Positions 57,481-64,000 of a stretch of 64,000 bases of DNA are shown here, one piece after another. Made by a program: the position numbers and the translations under genes. Source of the DNA: Alphaproteobacteria bacterium (GTDB lineage: Bacteria > Pseudomonadota > Alphaproteobacteria > SP197); NCBI GenBank assembly GCA_965228895.1, contig OZ245842.1, positions 2,272,001 to 2,336,000 on the forward strand. The letters are read 5' to 3'. Under the pieces are notes generated by a model. That model was given only the letters and a program-made list of their open reading frames with translations. It was not told the DNA's origin and searched no databases. Position 1 is the stretch's first letter; each line of letters begins with the position of its first letter.

Positions 57481-59048
57481 AGGCATTTGCCGACTTGCTC
57501 GACCGGCTCGCCTATCAGCACAGCCGCAACGCCAAGCTTGAGCTGATCAAGCGCTATGTGGCGGAAGCGCCGGATCCCGATCGGGGCTACGCGATCGCGG
57601 CGATGACCGGCGGGCTGGAGTTTCGCTACGCCAAGGCCGGTCTGGTGCGCGGGCTGGTCATGGAACGGGTCGATCCCGTCCTGTTCGGCCTCTCCTACGA
57701 TTATGTCGGCGATCTCGCCGAGACCGTCGCCCTGATCTGGCCGCCGGAGCCCGGCGCCAATCGTGTGCCGCCGCTCGGCGAACTCGTGGAGACACTCAGT
57801 CAGGCCGGCAAGAGCGAACTGCCGGGTCTGTTGGCACGGTTGTTCGACGCCATGGGACCGAACGAACGCTGGGCGACCATCAAGCTCATCACCGGCGCGC
57901 TCCGGGTCGGTGTGTCCGCGCGCCTCGCCAAGACGGCCCTGGCGGCCCAATGGGCGCGCGAACCCGACGAGATCGAGGAGGTCTGGCACGCGGTCGAGCC
58001 GCCTTACGAGGACCTCTTCGCCTGGCTCGAGGGACGCGGCCCCCGTCCCGACCCCGCCAAAAGCGCGGCGTTCCGCCCGGTCATGCTGGCGCATCCCCTG
58101 GAGGAGCGCGACCTTGAGGCGCTGGACCCCGCAGACTATCGCGCCGAATGGAAGTGGGACGGCATTCGCGTTCAGTTGGTCGGCGAGGCCGGCAAACTGC
58201 GGCTTTACTCCCGAACCGGTGACGAGATCGGCGCGGCGTTTCCCGACCTCGTCGACGCGCTGGATTTCGATGCCACCCTGGACGGCGAACTTCTGGTGGT
58301 GCGCGACGGCCATGTTGCACCCTTCAGCGACCTTCAGAAACGTCTGAACCGCAAAACTGTTAGCAAAAAGATGCAGTTAAGTCACCCTGCTCATGTGCGA
58401 CTTTATGATGTTCTCGTCGACGGTGACCAGGATGTCCGCGCCGCCCCGTTCGACGAACGGCGCGAGCGCCTGGAAGCTTGGATCGGCGCCAACCAGCCGC
58501 CGTTGATGGACCTCTCGGTTCAGGTGCCGTTTAGCGCGTGGGACGAGTTGGCGGCCCGCCGTCAGGGCAATCTGGCGCCCGGCGTCGAAGGATTGATGCT
58601 GAAGCGCGGCGACAGCGCCTATGTGCCCGGGCGCCCGAAGGGTCCGTGGTTCAAGTGGAAACGCGATCCCTTCCTGGTCGACGCGGTCCTGATGTACGCC
58701 CAGCGCGGCCACGGTAAGCGTTCGTCGTTCTATTCCGACTACACGTTCGGTGTCTGGCGCAACGGCGAGTTGGTGCCGGTCGGCAAGGCCTATTTCGGTT
58801 TTACCGACGAGGAGATGAAGGAGATCGACCGTTGGGTGCGCAACAACACGACGGAGCGTTTTGGCCCGGTCCGGGAAGTCTCCAAGGAACTGGTGCTGGA
58901 AGTCGCCTTCGAAGGGCTTCAGCGATCGACGCGGCACAAGTCCGGTGTCGCCATGCGATTTCCCCGGATTTCGCGCATCCGCTGGGATAAGCCGGCGGCG
59001 GAAGCCGACGTGATTGCCAATCTGGAGGCGCTGCTGCCGGCCTTCTGA
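57477..59048 (+). CDS. ATP-dependent DNA ligase (cisplatin damage response type)
   Basis: EWKWDGIR adenylation motif, LDGEL, EGLMLK, WFKWK, RFPRISRIRWDK. Confidence 0.95.
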   Translation: MKAFADLLDRLAYQHSRNAKLELIKRYVAEAPDPDRGYAIAAMTGGLEFRYAKAGLVRGLVMERVDPVLFGLSYDYVGDLAETVALIWPPEPGANRVPPLGELVETLSQAGKSELPGLLARLFDAMGPNERWATIKLITGALRVGVSARLAKTALAAQWAREPDEIEEVWHAVEPPYEDLFAWLEGRGPRPDPAKSAAFRPVMLAHPLEERDLEALDPADYRAEWKWDGIRVQLVGEAGKLRLYSRTGDEIGAAFPDLVDALDFDATLDGELLVVRDGHVAPFSDLQKRLNRKTVSKKMQLSHPAHVRLYDVLVDGDQDVRAAPFDERRERLEAWIGANQPPLMDLSVQVPFSAWDELAARRQGNLAPGVEGLMLKRGDSAYVPGRPKGPWFKWKRDPFLVDAVLMYAQRGHGKRSSFYSDYTFGVWRNGELVPVGKAYFGFTDEEMKEIDRWVRNNTTERFGPVREVSKELVLEVAFEGLQRSTRHKSGVAMRFPRISRIRWDKPAAEADVIANLEALLPAF

Positions 59049-59069
59049 GCCGCGAGGCTCAGCGGCGGC

Positions 59070-59807
59070 TTAGCTGCCGCGCGCCTCGGCGATCAGGGCT
59101 TCCAGTTCAGCGCGACTGACCGCGCCGGGGACCAGTTCGTCGCCGATGATGAAGGCCGGCGTGCCGCGAATGCCGAGCGCCTGGGCGAGCTCATAGTTGG
59201 TGTTCAGATGCTCGTCGATGGCCGGGTCTTCCATGTCGGCGCGCAGCTGATCGGTGTCCAGGCCGACGCTCTCGGCCAGCGCCATGATCGAGGCCTCGGA
59301 AAAGTCGATATCGGCGAACATCAGGGCTTCGTGGAACGGCTGGTAAAGCCCCTGATTGCGCGCTGCGAGCGCGGCCCGTGCTGCCAACACCGACGGGTCG
59401 CCCAGGATCGGGAACTCCTTATAAACCAGTCGGATGCCCTGATCGTCGTTAATCGCCGCGAAAAGGTCCGGCGCCACCCGCCGGCAATAGCCGCAGCGAT
59501 AGTCGAAGAACTCAACGATAACCACGTCGCCGTCCGGATTGCCGGCTTCCGGCGTTTCGGCGTCGCGATAGATAATGTCGGCCAAGCGCGCCATCGACTC
59601 TTGGGCCCTGGCATCTTGGTCGGCCGACGTCTGGCGCTCATAGGCCTGCAGGGCCTCGATGACGACTTCCGGGTTTTCGACCAGGTATTCGCGCACGATC
59701 TGTTCGATCTGCTCGCGGCTGAGGTCGGGCAAATCGTCGGCCGCATTAACCGGTGCGGTGGCGAACACCATGAGGGCACCAAGTAAAACTGCTGAAATCA
59801 TACGCAT
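59070..59807 (-). CDS. DsbA-family thioredoxin-fold protein (ScsC/Com1-like)
   Basis: Signal peptide; EQIVREYLVENPEV helix; EFFDYRCGYC; GIRGTPAF. Confidence 0.92.
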   Translation of the reverse strand: MRMISAVLLGALMVFATAPVNAADDLPDLSREQIEQIVREYLVENPEVVIEALQAYERQTSADQDARAQESMARLADIIYRDAETPEAGNPDGDVVIVEFFDYRCGYCRRVAPDLFAAINDDQGIRLVYKEFPILGDPSVLAARAALAARNQGLYQPFHEALMFADIDFSEASIMALAESVGLDTDQLRADMEDPAIDEHLNTNYELAQALGIRGTPAFIIGDELVPGAVSRAELEALIAEARGS

Positions 59808-59875
59808 ACAATGACTCCTTCGAACGCCCGTTTAGGCGCTTTTTACCTTGTCGGTCAAATAACCGTTGGGTGAGA

Positions 59876-60589
59876 TCACCCTGCGTCCGTCTCGGACCTT
59901 GCCATGCGGACCAGTTCACGCAAGGTCGTTTCATCGAGTGTGCCGACAAACAGCATGTCGCCAACGATGAAGGCCGGTGTGCTGTCAATGCCATCATCCC
60001 TGGCGGCTGACCGATAAGCCGACAGAATGGCGGACGTTTCGGGCGAATTTGCATCATCGAGCAGCTTTTCGCCGTCCAGCCCCAGGCTTTCGCCCAGTTC
60101 GACCATGGCCGCATCGGTCCAGGTGACCGTCGAGTACATGAGTGCCCGGTGAAAGGTGCTATAGGCATCCTGCCGTGCCGCGGCCAGGGCGAAACGGGCG
60201 GCGACGTCCGATTCCGCTCCCAAGATTGGGTATTCAACCAGGATCAGACGTATCCCGAGGTCGCTGTCAACGAGGTCCTGCACCACCGGCGCCATGCGTC
60301 GGCAATGGGGACAGCGATAGTCAAAGAGCTCGATGATCGTGACATCGCCGTCGCTGCTGCCTTCGATCAGCAGCGGTCCGGCGGCGGCCAATTTTTGTTC
60401 CAGCACCGCCTGGTCGACCGTCGTCAGCGTCCGCCCGTCGACGGTCGGGCCGAAGAAACCGGACTCGCGGCCGACCACCGCGATCGCGGCGACGATCAGG
60501 ACCATCATGATCGTGCGGCTGCCGCGCGCACGCCGGGACATCAGCTCTTGAACGTCATCCGGTTCGCGCTGATCACCAAATCCTCTCAT
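59876..60589 (-). CDS. DsbA-family protein with N-terminal membrane anchor
   Basis: ELFDYRCPHC, EYPILG, DSTPAF; GGGAGG before ATG 60589. Confidence 0.88.
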   Translation of the reverse strand: MRGFGDQREPDDVQELMSRRARGSRTIMMVLIVAAIAVVGRESGFFGPTVDGRTLTTVDQAVLEQKLAAAGPLLIEGSSDGDVTIIELFDYRCPHCRRMAPVVQDLVDSDLGIRLILVEYPILGAESDVAARFALAAARQDAYSTFHRALMYSTVTWTDAAMVELGESLGLDGEKLLDDANSPETSAILSAYRSAARDDGIDSTPAFIVGDMLFVGTLDETTLRELVRMARSETDAG

Positions 60590-60679
60590 CGAGCCTCCCA
60601 AGCCGTCTTGTCGCGGCCTGTCTTTCCCACAACCGTCGTCTTATCCTAACCGCCTACCCCTCGATACGGGAGTGCCACG

Positions 60680-61627
60680 ATGCGAATGATCAGAAATCCC
60701 GTCCCCTGGCCGGGCGGCGCGACCTGTGCGGTCGCCTTTACCTGGGATGTCGACGCGGAATCGGTTCTGCAGATCGACCATCCCGACACCGCGCACCAGC
60801 GCTTGTTCAGCCTGTCGGCGATGCGTTACGGGCCGGAGACCGCGGTGCCGCGCATATGCGACATTCTGGCGGAGTTCGGCCACAAGTCGACCTTCTTCGT
60901 GCCGACCTGGGTCGCGGAACGTTATCCGTTGGCCATGGAGCGCATGCTGGGCGACGGCCACGAAATCGGCCATCACGGCTACCTTCACGAAAGCCCGAAC
61001 CTGCAGAGCCCGGAAGACGAAGCCTATTGGTTCCAGCGCGCCCATGAAGGGCTGGAGGCGATCACCGGGCAGAAGATCATCGGCTACCGGGCGCCAAGCT
61101 TCGATGTCTCGCCGGTCACCCAGTCGCTCCTGAACGACGCCGGTTACCTTTATGACTCCTCACTGATGGGCGACGACGTGCCCTATGTCATGCGCGAAAA
61201 CGGGCGCGACCTGATCGAGATACCGGCGACGATCATCCACGACGACTGGCCGCACTTTTCCCACAACTGGGATCTCGGCGCGACCAACCAGATTTCGACA
61301 CCGGCGCGCGCCAAAGAGCTTTACCTCTCGGAGTTCGACGCCGTATGCGACGACGGCGGTCTATGGGTCGGCGTCTGGCATCCCTGGATCTCAGGACGCC
61401 CGGCCCGCGCAAAGATGATGTTCGAGATGATCGAGTACATGCAGACACGCGCCAATTGCTGGTTCGCGCCGCTGAAGGACATCGCCGCACATATCGCGAA
61501 GGTGACGGCGGACGGCAGTTGGACGCCGAACGTGCATCAGATGCCCTATCACCCGGGCCGGCTGGCCGAATGGGACAAGGCGACGTGGCAGCCGGCCGCG
61601 TCAAAGTCATCGGCGACTGGCGACTAG
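60680..61627 (+). CDS. Polysaccharide deacetylase family (PgdA/PuuE-like)
   Basis: FTWDVDAE, HEIGHHGYLH, GYRAP, YDSSLMGDD.PY, WHPWISGRP. Confidence 0.9.
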   Translation: MRMIRNPVPWPGGATCAVAFTWDVDAESVLQIDHPDTAHQRLFSLSAMRYGPETAVPRICDILAEFGHKSTFFVPTWVAERYPLAMERMLGDGHEIGHHGYLHESPNLQSPEDEAYWFQRAHEGLEAITGQKIIGYRAPSFDVSPVTQSLLNDAGYLYDSSLMGDDVPYVMRENGRDLIEIPATIIHDDWPHFSHNWDLGATNQISTPARAKELYLSEFDAVCDDGGLWVGVWHPWISGRPARAKMMFEMIEYMQTRANCWFAPLKDIAAHIAKVTADGSWTPNVHQMPYHPGRLAEWDKATWQPAASKSSATGD

Positions 61628-61645
61628 CCGGAGCAAGACAAAACC

Positions 61646-61772
61646 ATGCTGCTCACGCCCCGGCCGAAGAGCCGGGGTCCATGAACACGGAATTGCGCCC
61701 TATGGTTCTCGGTAACGCGTCGCTTTCCGATCCCGTGATCTTTGGTCCCGGGTCAGGCCCGGGATGCAGCAT
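61646..61772. repeat. REP/REPIN-like double-hairpin palindromic element
   Basis: ATGCTGC..CCCCGGC-cgaaga-GCCGGGG-TCCATGAACACGG ... CCGTGATCTTTGG-TCCCGGG-tcagg-CCCGGGA-TGCAGCAT between convergent genes. Confidence 0.6.
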
Positions 61773-61790
61773 TGATACTGCGACAGGAGA

Positions 61791-63065
61791 CTAGGCTTTC
61801 TCCAGCCCGCACCAGTCGGCAATGAAGAGCGCGATTGACTTGGTGACCTGCATGCAGGACTCGAGATTCACGCGCTCGTCGAAGCCGTGGATGTTCTCGG
61901 CCACGGGTCCATAAACAAGCGCCGGCATGTCGGCATAAAGGCCGAAAAAGCGAGCGTCGGTGGTGCCGGTCAGCATGCGATCGGGCAAGTCGTCGCCGTA
62001 AATCGCCTGATGGCTGGACCGAAGGATCGTTTCGGCCTCTGTGCCCTCTTCCTGCACATACCCTTCGGCCTGAAAACCGTCCCAGGTGATCTCTGGCGGA
62101 CTGTTGGCGAGGAAAGGGTCCTCGCGCGCGGCGTCTTGCAGGCAGGTCTCAATCTCGCGGCGCGCCTCGCCCAGATCCTGACCGGGAAACAGCCCGGCAC
62201 GCATGTGGAAGGTGCACCAGGCGGGAACGCTGGACGCCCAGTCGCCGCCCTCGATCTTGCCGACGTTAAAGTTGAGCGGGTGGTCCATGTGGCCATAGCG
62301 GTCGTGGCCTCTGGCGTTCCAGGCGTCCTCCAGCGTGTGCAGTTCGCCGATCAGCCGGTACGCCGCCTCAATCGCGTTGGCGCCGCTGCCGGCATAGGCG
62401 ACATGAACGGGATGGCCGCGCACGGTGACCTGGAACCACATCACGCCGACCTGGGCGCGCATCATGGCGTCACCCATGGGTTCGGGGATCAGGGCGGCGT
62501 CGCCGCGATAGCCGCGCTGCAGGCAGGCAAGCGCGCCGTTACCGGTGGCCTCCTCTTCGATCACGGCCTCGATGAAGACATCCGCGGCCGGTTTGAAACC
62601 GGCGCGTTTCAGCGCCTCCAGAGCGAACAGGCCGCACACCCAGCCTGACTTCATATCGCCGGCGCCGCGCCCGTACATCCAGCCATCCTTGATGACGGGA
62701 TCGAAGGGCGGTGTCTGCCACATCTCATGAGGCCCTTCCGGTACCACGTCGATATGACCGTTGATGACAAGCGAGCGGCCCTGGGGGCTCGATGACCGAA
62801 GGGCGCCGACTGTCACATAAGCGTCCTGGTAGCCGTCCAACTTCGGGGAATAGCCCGGCATGTCCTGGATGTCGGCGACATCGATCGTCCAGCGATCAAC
62901 GGCGAAGCCCCGCGCGCCCAATTCGCGAGCCAGGAAATCCTGGGCTGTCGCCTCCTGACCGCGCAGGGACGGAAAGCGCACGAGGTCCTGGGTAAACCGA
63001 ATCTGTTCGTCGAAACTGGCCTCGACCGCTGTGACGATCGTTTCGGCTGTATTCTGCTCAACCAT
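61791..63065 (-). CDS. ArgE/DapE family (M20) deacylase
   Basis: NGHIDVVP, GRGAGDMKSG, IEEE, IPEP, HGFDE. Confidence 0.93.
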   Translation of the reverse strand: MVEQNTAETIVTAVEASFDEQIRFTQDLVRFPSLRGQEATAQDFLARELGARGFAVDRWTIDVADIQDMPGYSPKLDGYQDAYVTVGALRSSSPQGRSLVINGHIDVVPEGPHEMWQTPPFDPVIKDGWMYGRGAGDMKSGWVCGLFALEALKRAGFKPAADVFIEAVIEEEATGNGALACLQRGYRGDAALIPEPMGDAMMRAQVGVMWFQVTVRGHPVHVAYAGSGANAIEAAYRLIGELHTLEDAWNARGHDRYGHMDHPLNFNVGKIEGGDWASSVPAWCTFHMRAGLFPGQDLGEARREIETCLQDAAREDPFLANSPPEITWDGFQAEGYVQEEGTEAETILRSSHQAIYGDDLPDRMLTGTTDARFFGLYADMPALVYGPVAENIHGFDERVNLESCMQVTKSIALFIADWCGLEKA

Positions 63066-63206
63066 GTCTTCCCCGTGTGTCGTTTTGCTGGAGGTTAGCG
63101 GCCGCCCTCACCCGCGCCAAGAACGCTTCCACAGCCGTCCTAAATTCCGTCTACACTGGTATCGTGCGCCGCTCTGGCGCTTCGGTCTGAGAACCTGGGC
63201 TTGACG

Positions 63207-64000
63207 ATGGATCCCCACAAACGAATTCGTTCCGTGATTGCCGGTGAGCGCCCCGACCGGCCGGCGTTTGCTCTGTGGCAGCACTTCCCGGACGCCGACG
63301 CGTCGCCGCGTGACTTGGCCGACGCAACCATCGATTTCGCCCGCACCTGGCGGCCCGACCTGATCAAACATACGCCCAATGGCATGTTCGCGGTCGAGGA
63401 TTGGGTTATCGCCCTGACGGGAAGCCGGAACCTGGAGGTCGACGCCGAGATCGTTCCCTATGCCCTCAATCTCACGTTCGATTGGCGGGAGCTGCCAAGG
63501 CTTAACGTCCGCGAAGGTGCGCTAGGCCGAGAGCTGGAGGCTCTACGTCTTGTGTGTGACGCCATTGGCCCGGAGATGCCGGTCTACATGACGCTGTTTG
63601 GCCCCTTGACCCTGGCGGGCAAACTTGGCGGCCCGCGTGTCGTCGCCGACATGAGACAGGACCCCGCCGCGCTTCACGACGGCCTGGCAATCATTACCGA
63701 TACCATGATCGCCTTCACGAAGGCGGTGCGCGAGGCTGGTGCCCACGGCCTTTACTTCGCGACTCAGTATGCCAGCGAAACGTTGTTAAGTGAGGAAGAG
63801 CACGCGACCTTTGGTGAGCCCTATGACACCGCCCTTTTGGATGCCTGGGACAATGCCGGGCCGGTTATTTTGCACCTGTGCGGTGAGGATGTGTTCTTTG
63901 ATCTCTGCAACACCTATCCCGTCCAAGCGGTCTGCTGGGATCACGGGCTTTCGCAGCCGACGTTCCGCGACGCCTTTGAACGGACAGACCGGGTGTTGGT
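63207..64000 (+). CDS. Uroporphyrinogen decarboxylase superfamily protein (MtaA/CmuA-like; runs off window end)
   Basis: Not in ORF track. Open frame from ATG 63207: MDPHKRIRSVIAGERPDRPAFALWQHF...MTLFGPLT...AGAHGLYFA...ILHLCG. Confidence 0.82.
   Translation, partial: MDPHKRIRSVIAGERPDRPAFALWQHFPDADASPRDLADATIDFARTWRPDLIKHTPNGMFAVEDWVIALTGSRNLEVDAEIVPYALNLTFDWRELPRLNVREGALGRELEALRLVCDAIGPEMPVYMTLFGPLTLAGKLGGPRVVADMRQDPAALHDGLAIITDTMIAFTKAVREAGAHGLYFATQYASETLLSEEEHATFGEPYDTALLDAWDNAGPVILHLCGEDVFFDLCNTYPVQAVCWDHGLSQPTFRDAFERTDRVL

Noticed and set aside
56431-57486. 1163-aa helicase with a novel N-terminal domain
   Set aside because: The first ~350 codons are antisense to the exonuclease gene; helicase homology starts near 56430.
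63400-63452. Possible compensating frameshifts in the URO-D-like gene (alternative frame reads GYRPDGKPEPGGRR)
   Set aside because: The main frame is open throughout; cannot be supported without alignment to homologs.
1-64000. Numerous long antisense or alternate-frame ORFs (e.g. 10311-11495, 35321-36601, 55225-56361); CRISPR arrays, transposases, prophage and defence genes
   Set aside because: Shadow ORFs are expected from GC-rich codon bias and lack motifs; no spaced repeats or mobile-element/defence motifs were seen.

Overview
GC-rich bacterial chromosomal window, almost certainly alphaproteobacterial (Rhodospirillales-like gene order and content). Two housekeeping blocks (holB-tmk-dac-rlpA-mltB at 1-4.7 kb; recG/sdhE/mfd and a ligase-associated DNA-repair module at 40-59 kb) flank a large catabolic region. 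That region holds tandem esterases, a hydantoin racemase/D-carbamoylase/hydantoinase cluster with an atypical LysA-family decarboxylase, a TetR-linked acyl-CoA operon containing an FrhB-family Fe-S flavoprotein, a pentameric ligand-gated ion channel, tRNA-Ser(TGA), a tungsten-type AOR with MoaD, cysD-cysNC and a type III PKS with methyltransferase. The most striking non-coding signal is a c-di-GMP-I (GEMM-I) riboswitch aptamer at about 5475-5572. Its P1 3' strand carries the Shine-Dalgarno-like sequence of an unlisted 50-codon uORF that ends over the start of an orphan parA plus ribbon-helix-helix partner pair, suggesting a c-di-GMP-gated ParA positioning module. No CRISPR array, integrase, transposase or rRNA was seen. 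All calls come from reading motifs by eye; no searches were run.
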